Source: Methylococcaceae bacterium UBA2780 (GTDB lineage: Bacteria; Pseudomonadota; Gammaproteobacteria; Methylococcales; UBA2780). From it: a DNA stretch of 64,000 nt. The DNA is taken from NCBI GenBank assembly GCA_002352345.1, contig DEIG01000014.1, positions 33 to 64,032 on the forward strand. The letters run 5' to 3'. A program made the translations under genes and the position numbers. The notes under the pieces were generated by a model. The model was not told the origin of the DNA. It was given only the letters and a program-made list of their open reading frames with translations, and made no database searches. This document shows, one piece after another, positions 34,197 to 43,690 of this stretch. The number at the start of each line of letters is the position of its first letter. Position 1 is the stretch's first letter.

Positions 34197-35015
34197 ATGC
34201 AGAACTCAAAACCCCATAAAGCCCGTAAAAGATTTGGCCAAAACTTTCTTCATGACCAAGGGGTCATTCAAGCCATCCTTTCCGCCATTTCTAGCAACTC
34301 TGAAGATCATCTTGTTGAGATTGGTCCCGGGCAAGGAGCGCTAACCGAGCCTCTCCTGCAAAACTGCAAAAAAATAGATGTAGTCGAACTGGATCGAGAC
34401 CTTGTTCGACTACTGGAGAACAAGTTCTCAACCAACTCAAAACTGGCGATTCATAGTGCCGATGCGCTTTTTTTTGACTTTGGTGAGCTCTGCAAAGGTG
34501 ACGATAAAATTCGTGTCATAGGAAACCTCCCCTACAACATCTCAACACCACTCATGTTTCACCTTCTGGAAGGCAGGGCTGCCATAAAAGATATGCACTT
34601 TATGCTGCAAAAAGAGGTGGTTGACCGGATGCAGGCTCAACCGGGAAATAAACATTATGGAAAACTCAGCATTATGCTTCAGTACCATTGCCACGTTGAG
34701 AAGTTATTTGATGTGCCACCAGAATGTTTCGATCCGGCTCCGAAAGTGGTATCCGCTATCGTTCGACTGATTCCACACAAAAAGCCACCGATTGAAACAG
34801 AAAACCCAGAACTGTTTAGTCGCATTGTCACACAGGCTTTCTCTCAGAGAAGAAAAACGCTCCGTAATTCCCTGTCTGGTCTGTTCAGTGCCGAGCAGTT
34901 AACTGCTCAAAACATTGATCCTAAACTGCGCGCCGAAAACCTCTCTATTGCGGAGTTTGTTAAGCTTTCAAATGACCTAAGCCAACGAAAATCAGCTGCA
35001 AACCAGAAAACCTAA
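34197..35015 (+). CDS. rsmA: 16S rRNA A1518/A1519 dimethyltransferase
   Basis: RFGQNFL, EIGPGQG, GNLPYNIS. Confidence 0.96.
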   Translation: MQNSKPHKARKRFGQNFLHDQGVIQAILSAISSNSEDHLVEIGPGQGALTEPLLQNCKKIDVVELDRDLVRLLENKFSTNSKLAIHSADALFFDFGELCKGDDKIRVIGNLPYNISTPLMFHLLEGRAAIKDMHFMLQKEVVDRMQAQPGNKHYGKLSIMLQYHCHVEKLFDVPPECFDPAPKVVSAIVRLIPHKKPPIETENPELFSRIVTQAFSQRRKTLRNSLSGLFSAEQLTAQNIDPKLRAENLSIAEFVKLSNDLSQRKSAANQKT

Positions 35016-35039
35016 TCCTGCTGGTTAATGCTCTGCCTG

Positions 35040-35570
35040 TTAGCTAATAAATGGCCAAGCAAGCGACATAATTCGCCATGTACTAAAGACCAGCAAGAAC
35101 GATAAACCCATCGCGAAAAAGGCCGTCTTCGAAAAAGCATGACGAAGAATATGCGCCAGAATGGCAAAATTCCAAGTCAAAAAACCACCAATCATCTTTA
35201 ACGGGAAGGTTGGATACTTTGCTTCAAAACCATCAAATCCATAGGTGGTTGTCATCAGGTACATGTAAATCAGCATGAACAGACCGAGCGCCACAGCCGA
35301 GCCCATAAAAGCGGATGCCGTCTGAATAAAGCGGCTGCTTTTATTCGAGAACCAAAGCCCTACGGAAAGCAGTAAAAGCGTTAAAACAACCGAGAAAGCC
35401 GCCTGATGGAGCGCCGTCTCAAAACTGACCAGCTGCAACTGATACAAAACGATTGCATACATGGGGACCAGCAAAAACAGAAAAAGCACAAACAACCACT
35501 TTGAGTGCTTTAGATCCTGCGGTGCACTCGTAAACAGGCAAATATCACCCGCGATTAATAACTGTCTCAT
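35040..35570 (-). CDS. Hypothetical integral membrane protein (paralog of next gene)
   Basis: About 5 hydrophobic segments. Shares IC..PQD, RF.QTA and HILRHA with 35657-36169. Confidence 0.7.
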   Translation of the reverse strand: MRQLLIAGDICLFTSAPQDLKHSKWLFVLFLFLLVPMYAIVLYQLQLVSFETALHQAAFSVVLTLLLLSVGLWFSNKSSRFIQTASAFMGSAVALGLFMLIYMYLMTTTYGFDGFEAKYPTFPLKMIGGFLTWNFAILAHILRHAFSKTAFFAMGLSFLLVFSTWRIMSLAWPFIS

Positions 35571-35656
35571 CAGCTCTCTCCTTTCACATTAAGAGGGAGA
35601 ATAAGCAGATGCTAATGCTATGTCTGTAACAATGTCACAAAGAAACTGGTGAACAG

Positions 35657-36169
35657 CTAGCTAGCAATCCCGGTCGACGCAAATAGAAAAGATAAAATCT
35701 GGTATGAAAAGAAGACATACAAAAATGACAATCCCAGCCCGAAAGAGAGAGGTTTAGAGAGTGCGTGGCGTAAAATATGACCTGCCACGACGAGATTCCA
35801 TGCAAGAAGCAACATAACCGTATAAGAAAGTATCCGCGATGCGCCAATATGGGTCTCAATCCAATAGAAAAAAGGAAGAGAGGCTATTGTGAACAGTGAG
35901 CCACAAGCAAGCATCGCTGTCGCTGTCTGCCCAAATCGAGCAGTTTTGTGACTAAACCAAAGAACAGCCCAAATAAAAAGCAACAACAAAGCAAGTTCTG
36001 AAAAAGCCTGAAGCAACGCAAAAAAGAGGTTAGTCGTGAGCGACGTTAACAGCGTATTAACCGCAAAATAGAGCCCCAAAACATATTTAAAAAGCCCTTC
36101 TTCGGCAGGCGTATCCTGCGGCCCGCGCATTAAAAAACAAATTTCCACAAAAATATTCAGTACATTCAT
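35657..36169 (-). CDS. Hypothetical integral membrane protein
   Basis: About 5 hydrophobic segments, EICFLMRGPQD, RFGQTA, GHILRHA. Confidence 0.7.
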   Translation of the reverse strand: MNVLNIFVEICFLMRGPQDTPAEEGLFKYVLGLYFAVNTLLTSLTTNLFFALLQAFSELALLLLFIWAVLWFSHKTARFGQTATAMLACGSLFTIASLPFFYWIETHIGASRILSYTVMLLLAWNLVVAGHILRHALSKPLSFGLGLSFLYVFFSYQILSFLFASTGIAS

Positions 36170-36267
36170 CGTGCTTAGTGATCCTCTCGTCCACTTTCCT
36201 CTGGAAAGTTATGGCGCATGATTACGCCTCTTGTTATCTAGACACGAACCGTAGGTAAGAACTAACT

Positions 36268-38157
36268 TTAAGTTGCTAGTGCTTCAATAGCATCCTGAGC
36301 CATCAACCAGCTCTCCTCTGCCTCTTCAACCAAGCCGTCCAATTCGTGTTTTTCTTTTATTATTTTCTGAAGCCGCTCTTTTTCTTCTTTCTCGTAGAGC
36401 TGGCTATCTGCCAACTGTTCTTCCAATGTTAGCCTTTTTGCATATAGTTTTTCGAGTCTTTTTTCAGCTCTTTTGAATTCATCTTGTAACGGCTTGAGTC
36501 GCTTACGATTTTCAGCCGCCTCTTGCTTTAGCTGCTTACGTGTTTTATCTACAGATTGAGGCGCGACAGAGCTACCGCCTCCACGAATATCCCGCTCTTT
36601 AACCCATACACCGTAATCGTCTAAATCCCCATCAAATGGCTGGACCTCTCCCCCAAACACCAAATAAAACTTGTCAGTTACGGTTCTAAGCAGATGCCGA
36701 TCATGCGAAACAATAATCATCGCCCCCGTAAAAGACTGTAATGCAGCGCTCAATGCATGGCGCATTTCCAGATCAAGATGATTTGTCGGCTCATCCAACA
36801 ACAATAGATTTGGTTTTTGGTAGACCAGAATAGCCAATGCTAATCTTGCCTTCTCCCCACCTGAAAAAGGGCCAACCGCCTCCAGTGTCCGCTCACCTTG
36901 AAAGCCAAACCCTCCTAGAAAATTCCGCAAATCTCGCTCTGTCGCTTTTGGGTCTAGCCTCTGAATATGCAATAAAGCCGATGCCTCCAAATCAAGTTGA
37001 TCTAATTGGTGTTGCGCGAAATAGCCAACCTTCAGGCTTTCTGCCTCACTCAACTTGCCGCTCGACAAAGCAGCTTCGCTCGCGAGCACCTTTATCAATG
37101 TTGACTTACCTGCTCCATTTGGCCCCAATAATGCGATTCGATCACCCGGTTTGATCGAGAGAGAAACGCCCTCAAGGATCATCTTCTTCTCGTAACCAAT
37201 CGAAGCCTCTTCAATTTTAAGAAGTGGATTTGAAACACGATCAGGCTTCTTGAAAGAGAAATGAAAAGGAGAATCTACATGTGCCGCCGCAATCAACTCC
37301 ATTCGCTCCAAAGCTTTCAAACGACTTTGCGCTTGACGAGCCTTTGTTGCTTGCGCACGAAAACGCTCAACATAGCTTTGCATGTGTGCAATCTCTTTCT
37401 GCTGGCGCTGATAATTGGCCTGCTGCTGAGCCAACCGTTCTGCTCTTGCCCGCTCAAATTGAGAATAGTTTCCACCGTATAAAGTCAGTTTTTGCTGCTC
37501 TATATTGAGAATGGTTCCCGCAACTGAATCGAGAAAATCGCGATCATGAGAAATCAGCATCAGTGTTCCAGGATAACTCTGAAGCCACTCTTGCAGCCAA
37601 ATCACCGCATCCAAATCAAGATGGTTTGTCGGCTCATCTAATAACAGAACATCTGAACGACACATCAACGCCTGAGCCAAATTGAGCCTCATCCTCCAAC
37701 CACCTGAGAAGCTAGAAACAGGATGAGATGCCTCTTCTGTTTTAAATCCTAAACCGTGCATTAAACGGGCTGCCCGAGAGCGTGCACTATAACCGTCTAT
37801 CGCCTCCAGCTCTGCATATAGTTCTGCTTGCTTAGAACCATCACCTGTCTGCTCTGCCGCAGCAATCTTGGCTTCTATTTCTCGCAGACCTGCATCACCG
37901 TCCATAATAAATTCAATCGCCTCGCGATCTGTCGATGAAAGCTCTTGGGCCACATGAGCGATCACCACTCCAGGCTGCACTGAGAAATCACCTGTGTCCG
38001 AATGAATCTTTCCTAAAATCATTGCAAAGAGGCTCGATTTTCCACAGCCATTCGCCCCCGTCACACCCACCTTTTGGCCTCGGTGAATCTTTAGAGAAAC
38101 ATTATCAAACAAGAGGCGGGTTGCCCTGCGTAGTGAAACTTCCTTAAAATTGAGCAT
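36268..38157 (-). CDS. yheS: ABC-F family ATPase (YheS-like)
   Basis: Two ABC cassettes ([24 protein letters not shown]), no TM, C-terminal coiled coil. Confidence 0.8.
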   Translation of the reverse strand: MLNFKEVSLRRATRLLFDNVSLKIHRGQKVGVTGANGCGKSSLFAMILGKIHSDTGDFSVQPGVVIAHVAQELSSTDREAIEFIMDGDAGLREIEAKIAAAEQTGDGSKQAELYAELEAIDGYSARSRAARLMHGLGFKTEEASHPVSSFSGGWRMRLNLAQALMCRSDVLLLDEPTNHLDLDAVIWLQEWLQSYPGTLMLISHDRDFLDSVAGTILNIEQQKLTLYGGNYSQFERARAERLAQQQANYQRQQKEIAHMQSYVERFRAQATKARQAQSRLKALERMELIAAAHVDSPFHFSFKKPDRVSNPLLKIEEASIGYEKKMILEGVSLSIKPGDRIALLGPNGAGKSTLIKVLASEAALSSGKLSEAESLKVGYFAQHQLDQLDLEASALLHIQRLDPKATERDLRNFLGGFGFQGERTLEAVGPFSGGEKARLALAILVYQKPNLLLLDEPTNHLDLEMRHALSAALQSFTGAMIIVSHDRHLLRTVTDKFYLVFGGEVQPFDGDLDDYGVWVKERDIRGGGSSVAPQSVDKTRKQLKQEAAENRKRLKPLQDEFKRAEKRLEKLYAKRLTLEEQLADSQLYEKEEKERLQKIIKEKHELDGLVEEAEESWLMAQDAIEALAT

Positions 38158-38218
38158 CTAAACTATTATCTATCCGAATTTTAAATAACTTACCGCGAGC
38201 CCACAGTCCAAAACAAAA

Positions 38219-38422
38219 ATGACTTTGTTCACTGAATCTAAACATCCACTCGACCGGCTTTTCAAACCCCGTGATCGTTATTTTTATAATCAGCAAGGGT
38301 GGTTCTATTATACCGCCAATGGAATTGGTGGCCCCTTTAAAAGTAAATCTGAATGCGTTGATGCATGCTGCCAACATATTCAAGAAGAGTTCAAGAACTC
38401 ACCAGCCAAAACAAAAACATAA
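38219..38422 (+). CDS. Small hypothetical protein
   Basis: ATG ORF filling the intergenic space, DRYFY..GWFY.T...GPF motif. Confidence 0.5.
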   Translation: MTLFTESKHPLDRLFKPRDRYFYNQQGWFYYTANGIGGPFKSKSECVDACCQHIQEEFKNSPAKTKT

Positions 38423-38488
38423 AAAAATCTGCTCGGATCGTGCTAGCTTTAGCATCTTATATTTATCAATTAACCTTATCGAAAGCCA

Positions 38489-38692
38489 TTGTCAGACAAT
38501 CACGAATCACTCCAGCGACAACTCAATAGCGCTCAAGTAGAACACAAAGATCTTGATGAAATTACGCGCCAACTTGGCCAAGAAGGTTATGCAGACCAGC
38601 TACTACTCAATAGGCTAAAAAAACGAAAGCTCCTATTGAAAGACCGGATCGCAAAACTGGAAAGCAAACTCATTCCAGATCTAAATGCCTAA
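38489..38692 (+). CDS. DUF465/YdcH family protein
   Basis: EHKDLD, RLKKRKLLLKDRI, IPDLNA. Confidence 0.85.
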   Translation: MSDNHESLQRQLNSAQVEHKDLDEITRQLGQEGYADQLLLNRLKKRKLLLKDRIAKLESKLIPDLNA

Positions 38693-38758
38693 CGACCAAT
38701 CCTCGCCTAAAAATCGTCTATATTTTGTAGACCCACCCCAACAAGGAGCGCCGTTCTC

Positions 38759-39301
38759 ATGGAATCACAATCAACCTCCCATCAACCAGACCTAGACTGG
38801 AGTCAGGTTCGCGAAACGGTCAAAATGCTCACCGCAACCATGTGTCAGGTTGAAAATGCCATGCGAGAAGGCAGCAATGCAGTCGAAACGCTCACCAGTG
38901 GCTTTATGTCGATGGCAAACAATGCGGAAAACATCACGTTAACTGCCAACAGTCTCGAAGATAGCGAAGCAAAAGAGGCCATTCTCAGTTATAGCCGCCA
39001 AAATAGTGATCACATACAGGCCTCGATCATGGCCTTTCAGTTCTATGACAAACTCTATCAGCGACTACAACAGACAACACAAAACCTCTCTGATCTATCT
39101 CAATTAGTAGAATCCCCTCAGCGACTCTACAACCCTAACGAGTGGTCACAACTCCAAAATGACATTCTCTCTCGAAGCACCACACAGAATGACAAACAGC
39201 TTCTCGAGGCAATACTAGGCGGAAAAAGCATAGAGGAGGCTTTGGCACTTGCAGGCCAGCAAAATGCGGAAACAGATGAAGATGATATTGAGCTGTTTTA
39301 A
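38759..39301 (+). CDS. Helical hypothetical protein, possibly chemotaxis-associated
   Basis: AAGGAG RBS, FQFYDKLYQRL motif, acidic DDIELF tail reminiscent of chemotaxis accessory proteins. Confidence 0.55.
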   Translation: MESQSTSHQPDLDWSQVRETVKMLTATMCQVENAMREGSNAVETLTSGFMSMANNAENITLTANSLEDSEAKEAILSYSRQNSDHIQASIMAFQFYDKLYQRLQQTTQNLSDLSQLVESPQRLYNPNEWSQLQNDILSRSTTQNDKQLLEAILGGKSIEEALALAGQQNAETDEDDIELF

Positions 39302-39310
39302 GGCCGGTTA

Positions 39311-39835
39311 ATGACGCGGCAAAAACTTCACCTATCTCTGTTTGGGCTCATTAGTCTGGTTTTAAGCTGTGCTCTACAGGCAGATGAGCTAACTTTCTTC
39401 ACCGGCAACTCAAGCAACCTCAACCAAGAAAGCCACCTAGCGACTGAACAAAACAGGAAAGGTTTGCTGATTTTCTATAGCACGCCTACCTGCCCCTTCT
39501 GTCATAGAATGAAAAAAACAGTTCTCAATCAACCTGAAGTACAACATTTCTTCAAAACAAATTTTCACACGATTGAACTGGATATCCTCGCTGAGCAGCC
39601 TATTTATAACTTCTCTAACAACCAGACAACGCCAAAAGGATTTGCCAAAGATAATCATATCCGCGTCACACCCACCCTAATCTTCTATGACCTCAAAGGG
39701 GAGCGTCTATTTAAACAGGTCGGAATTATTGCCGATCCGCAAGAATTCATCTGGCTTGGGAAATATGTTCTTGAAGAAGGTTACAGTCATGAAAGCTTTA
39801 GCCAGTACAAGCGCAAAAAAAGGAGCCATCACTAA
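39311..39835 (+). CDS. Periplasmic thioredoxin-fold protein (SoxW-like)
   Basis: Signal peptide, CPFC, TPTLIF. Confidence 0.8.
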   Translation: MTRQKLHLSLFGLISLVLSCALQADELTFFTGNSSNLNQESHLATEQNRKGLLIFYSTPTCPFCHRMKKTVLNQPEVQHFFKTNFHTIELDILAEQPIYNFSNNQTTPKGFAKDNHIRVTPTLIFYDLKGERLFKQVGIIADPQEFIWLGKYVLEEGYSHESFSQYKRKKRSHH

Positions 39836-39851
39836 ACACTTTTGCCACAAC

Positions 39852-41810
39852 TCAAAAGTAGAGCTGCAAAGAAAGCTGAGTAAAAAGAAAACGCGCATCA
39901 AATTCTCTTCTCTCTGCAATATCGAGAACAACCGCACCATCACGATTAAAAGTAAATCGCTGCTTTATCCCAAATTCGTACGAAGTCTGAGAAACCCCTT
40001 CAAAATACTGCATCGCTCGGCCGTACAGACCCATTTGCCAAGAATCGGTAATAGTAGAGATCACCTCTGCCCGGCCACCCCCGCCAAATGCAATATTGGG
40101 GTCAAATTCATCACTAATCACTATCGCCGTATTTGCAAACAAAGAGAGTACACTCGCCTCCGTTAGTTGGTAAGAAACACCAAATCCAGCTCTAAAATCT
40201 CCCATTAAAGGGCGATCATCTCCATTTAACTGATACCGTTTTAGCCCTGCTGACGCCTCCCATGAATAGGGCCTAATAAAATATTCCCTAACAGGTGCGG
40301 AGGTAATACTGACAAAATCCAGAGCCTCAAGTTGGAAATGACTGTTATCGGCGTAATACCGAAAAGCAGGTTGAATAAAGCTCAACTCTGCGCCATCTGT
40401 AAAGCCACTCGGTGGGTCATATAAATCATGATAAGCCCATCTAAGGTCCATTTGCAGGAAATGATCTTGTTCATCATAGCCATACCGAAATCCTACTCTT
40501 CGCCCACGATGTCCTTGGTCGGGTCGCTGTTTTGGCGTTGTCACTTGGTATTCTTGGGCTTCAACGCGGATCTTACTGCGCGCCATCAACAGCTGGTAGA
40601 GCAATGTCTCCTCTTCAAGCCCATTACCGCTATTTTCACCATTTGGCGCAATATCCCCAAGCAGCTGATTAACAGGTGCTTTTGGCTCGAACATTTTTTT
40701 GTCGTTTATTTTTACCGCGCTCAAATAGACAGCATAATCAGAAGCCAGCTCTAAAATCGCAGCTTGAATCTTATCGCCTCTGAGTTTGAACTGCTCATTG
40801 TTTAGAGGGATCTCACCTAAAGCAATTCCTCTAGCTAATGCTTGATCCGCTCTAGCTAAATTTTCTGCGCGCGCTGCAACAACCTTTCGAAGAGATGGAC
40901 GATAATCAACTCTTTTTAACAAACCATCTGTATTCGTAATGGCTCGCACCGTTTCTGCTGGCGTAGCATCTAAATCAAACTGCTGAGTAAGATTCAGTTC
41001 CGGCCTAGCCACATCAAGAAGAGCCAACAACTGGTACGAACAATTTTCATCTATAAAGTAATAATCAGCATAGATGGGCAACAGTTCCCACAAATGTAAT
41101 AACAGCCTGTCTATTTCTACTTGACTGTAATTAAGCTCATATTCCCAAATATCACGATTTTCAATATCACTATAGGCTTTAACACGCGCATGATAGGGCG
41201 TAAAACCGAATCTTCCAGGATATCCACCAAATAGCCCTTTTAAAGCAAACCCTAATCCACCATCACCTTCGGTATACGCCGCATAACTCACCGTCCAGGC
41301 CAACAAATCTGGCCTCTTTTCATTTTTACGGTCAAACCTGAGAAAGGTGTGCCCAAACATCGAAGCTGGACTGTTGAGCACAGAGACAGGAAAAACAAGC
41401 GTCAGGCCATCAGCATTCAGATTCTGTAGCCATCTACTTAGGCGACTACATTGGTATTGAGGCAGAAGAGCCCTGTCTATCTCAAGGGAGCGTACCAGCC
41501 AGGCTAGCCTAGCAGGGAACCGACAACCAACAGACTGACTATCATCAGCCTCAGAGGCAAAAAGTTGCCTCAAAGTTGATTCCAACTCAGCTTGGGGTGA
41601 AATTTTACCCAGCTTGCTTAAGAAAAAACTCTCGTCATCAATCAGGCTAGCCACACCGTTGCCAAGCAAATTAGGGTTGTAATGCATCAGAGCCTGCCAA
41701 TCTCTCTCCAGCCAGAGTTTTTGAGAGCGGGCTTTAATTACAAGTTGGTCAACGTAGGTTTCTTTTTCAGCAGAACCTGCCCTTCCCTCAAAAGGGGAAA
41801 GCAATAGCAC
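39852..41810 (-). CDS. DUF4105 (Lnb-like) domain outer-membrane protein
   Basis: CRFPAR, SMFGHT, ENRDIWEY, ENCSY, C-terminal beta-strand pattern ending in F. Start uncertain. Confidence 0.8.
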   Translation of the reverse strand: MLLLSPFEGRAGSAEKETYVDQLVIKARSQKLWLERDWQALMHYNPNLLGNGVASLIDDESFFLSKLGKISPQAELESTLRQLFASEADDSQSVGCRFPARLAWLVRSLEIDRALLPQYQCSRLSRWLQNLNADGLTLVFPVSVLNSPASMFGHTFLRFDRKNEKRPDLLAWTVSYAAYTEGDGGLGFALKGLFGGYPGRFGFTPYHARVKAYSDIENRDIWEYELNYSQVEIDRLLLHLWELLPIYADYYFIDENCSYQLLALLDVARPELNLTQQFDLDATPAETVRAITNTDGLLKRVDYRPSLRKVVAARAENLARADQALARGIALGEIPLNNEQFKLRGDKIQAAILELASDYAVYLSAVKINDKKMFEPKAPVNQLLGDIAPNGENSGNGLEEETLLYQLLMARSKIRVEAQEYQVTTPKQRPDQGHRGRRVGFRYGYDEQDHFLQMDLRWAYHDLYDPPSGFTDGAELSFIQPAFRYYADNSHFQLEALDFVSITSAPVREYFIRPYSWEASAGLKRYQLNGDDRPLMGDFRAGFGVSYQLTEASVLSLFANTAIVISDEFDPNIAFGGGGRAEVISTITDSWQMGLYGRAMQYFEGVSQTSYEFGIKQRFTFNRDGAVVLDIAERREFDARFLFTQLSLQLYF

Positions 41811-41897
41811 CGAAAATAGCAGGATTTGTAAGAAAGGTGAGAGTTTAGAAATCGTGGAAGAAATGCGTTTTGAGAGCTATGCGAAGCTGGCTTATTC

Positions 41898-41949
41898 AAA
41901 AAATCGAGTATACGCTTCTTACGCTGAAGCATAGAAAGCGTATACGATT
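41898..41949 (-). terminator. Intrinsic terminator-like hairpin after the DUF3015-like gene
   Basis: GTATACGCTT/AAGCGTATAC inverted repeat followed by T6 on the minus strand. Confidence 0.5.
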
Positions 41950-41953
41950 ATAC

Positions 41954-42382
41954 TTAAATCCCTGCTTCTCCAATCACTTTACGGGCATTCGCAACAACCT
42001 CTTCAGGAGAGGTGTTTGATGAGGTAAAAATCTGATTAAATTCAGCTTTTGCTAGTGAATAAAAATCAGCTCTTTTAGTTTCATCAATATTAAGAAGGAT
42101 AGCAAAAGTAGCTAAGTACTCCCCTCCACCTGCCGCCATGTCTGTGCGCAACTGGCTAAAGTTAGAGCCAACAAAGCTCTCTGCCGCCACATCTGGCCCC
42201 GCCTCAACGTCATCGTCATCTCCTTTGCTCGTGCTAGAGGTTAAATCTGAAGTAGAACCTGATGCATTCACAACCGTTCCGGAACTAACATCTACAGATG
42301 CCGTAATACTCGTACAAGATGGCAGCAAGAACACAAACAGTAAGCCTGCAATATGAGTATACAATCGCTTATAAAACATCAT
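41954..42382 (-). CDS. DUF3015-like putative lipoprotein
   Basis: Lipobox-like LPSC, Ser/Thr-rich linker, DMAAGGGEYL motif. Confidence 0.65.
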   Translation of the reverse strand: MMFYKRLYTHIAGLLFVFLLPSCTSITASVDVSSGTVVNASGSTSDLTSSTSKGDDDDVEAGPDVAAESFVGSNFSQLRTDMAAGGGEYLATFAILLNIDETKRADFYSLAKAEFNQIFTSSNTSPEEVVANARKVIGEAGI

Positions 42383-42526
42383 CCCCCCTAAGAATTAATA
42401 CCGCTGAAAGAAAATATAGCAGACTCATAAAAAGAGTATTAGGCTGTTTTCTAGTCAAGATCACACAATGGGGAAAAACAGGCATAACTTGCCAAACAAT
42501 TTTGCACTTAGCTAACCGCTTAAAAC

Positions 42527-42566
42527 AAAAAACCACCCACAACTCATTTGGTGTGGGTGGTTTTTT
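42527..42566 (-). terminator. Intrinsic terminator (probably the original tRNA-Met terminator, now next to the displaced tRNA 3' fragment)
   Basis: AAAAAACCACCCACA / TGTGGGTGGTTTTTT hairpin 3 bp from the att copy. Confidence 0.85.
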
Positions 42567-42569
42567 AAT

Positions 42570-42614
42570 TGGTAGCTACGGGTGGACTTGAACCACCGAC
42601 CCCAGCATTATGAA
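42570..42614. repeat. att site: 45-bp direct repeat of the tRNA-Met 3' half
   Basis: TGGTAGCTACGGGTGGACTTGAACCACCGACCCCAGCATTATGAA is identical to 48885-48929. Confidence 0.97.
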
Positions 42615-42706
42615 AGCGAAAAGTAAAGCTAACTATTTGTTTTAATTGAAGTTTTAACCACATTGCCTGCCTGCGCAGCATAACAATGCACTACTAATCA
42701 GCACTG

Positions 42707-42726
42707 GTCGCGTAAAAGTCGCGTAA
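42707..42726. repeat. Putative integrase arm-type sites (GTCGCGTAA x2, 11-bp period)
   Basis: The same TCGCGTA core recurs at 48815, 48845 and 48856 at the other end of the element. Confidence 0.7.
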
Positions 42727-42838
42727 TCACCTTTTTATCAACTCAGCGCTAGTGTAATTCTATTTTTTATAGCTCTCTATACAGGTATAGTTATGGCGTG
42801 ATACGTTACATGCTGTCACAACAAAGTGAACCTAACAA

Positions 42839-43690
42839 ATGGACCTGTCATCTAGAGCATCTTTTCAAGTTATCTACAATTTACAAAAAAAACAACCTTG
42901 GCTCCTTGATAACCCAGCAGCATTGGAGGAGTTATTGTTCTCCGATTGCCCCGAAGAAAAGCATAGAAGCTTAATTCTAGATTTAATAAATCGGTTCGAA
43001 TATTTCTCAAATAATAGATATATGGAGACTCTATCTGATCTAGCCTTAGAAATTTCCACAGACCCTAACCTTACAGAAAACTCAACTCAGGTGGTCGCTA
43101 TGGCAGCAGGCAGTGGAGCTGACAGCTCTCAGCATGTTTTGTATGAATTGAAGAGACTGCTAGAGAAGAATAACTGGAGGGATTATCTACACGTTAATAA
43201 CTTTAGTCGTGCTTACCGGGCATACACAAAAAACAATAGCCACAAGAACATTGTATTGATTGATGAATTTATTGGAACAGGCGACACTGTCTTAAATAGG
43301 GTAAGAGAAATACAGAACCAGTTTAAAAATGTTCACGATTACACACTTAGGGTAAAAGTCTTGGTTGCTATGGAATCTGGTATAAGTAAGATTCAGTCAG
43401 CAGGCATTAATGTATCATCAATAGTAACTCTCAAAAAAGGAATCTCTGATAGCTACCACTCTGGTGTTCTCGAGAACATGATAGACCTCATGTTGGACTT
43501 GGAAAAACTGTTAAAAACCTCCTATAAAGGCAGAGACTTACCAAGCCTCGGTTATGGCAAAGCAGAGTCACTCTATTGTAGAGAAAGAGGTAATACACCG
43601 AACAGTGTCTTTCCAATATTCTGGTGGCCTTTTTATAACAACGAAAAAACTAGGAAGACAATGTTAACCAGAGCAATGGGGAACGCATGA
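42839..43690 (+). CDS. Phosphoribosyltransferase-like retron effector
   Basis: PRPP-loop-like IVLIDEFIGTGDT, C-terminal LGYG...NTPNSVFPIFW typical of conflict-associated PRTase-like proteins, located upstream of a retron RT. Confidence 0.8.
   Translation: MDLSSRASFQVIYNLQKKQPWLLDNPAALEELLFSDCPEEKHRSLILDLINRFEYFSNNRYMETLSDLALEISTDPNLTENSTQVVAMAAGSGADSSQHVLYELKRLLEKNNWRDYLHVNNFSRAYRAYTKNNSHKNIVLIDEFIGTGDTVLNRVREIQNQFKNVHDYTLRVKVLVAMESGISKIQSAGINVSSIVTLKKGISDSYHSGVLENMIDLMLDLEKLLKTSYKGRDLPSLGYGKAESLYCRERGNTPNSVFPIFWWPFYNNEKTRKTMLTRAMGNA

Noticed and set aside
42319-42591. 90-aa ORF crossing the left att site
   Set aside because: It overlaps the DUF3015-like gene start, the terminator and the tRNA fragment, with no coding signal.
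42570-42614. Second tRNA gene
   Set aside because: Only the 3' half is present (no D-arm or 5' acceptor strand). It is the att duplication.
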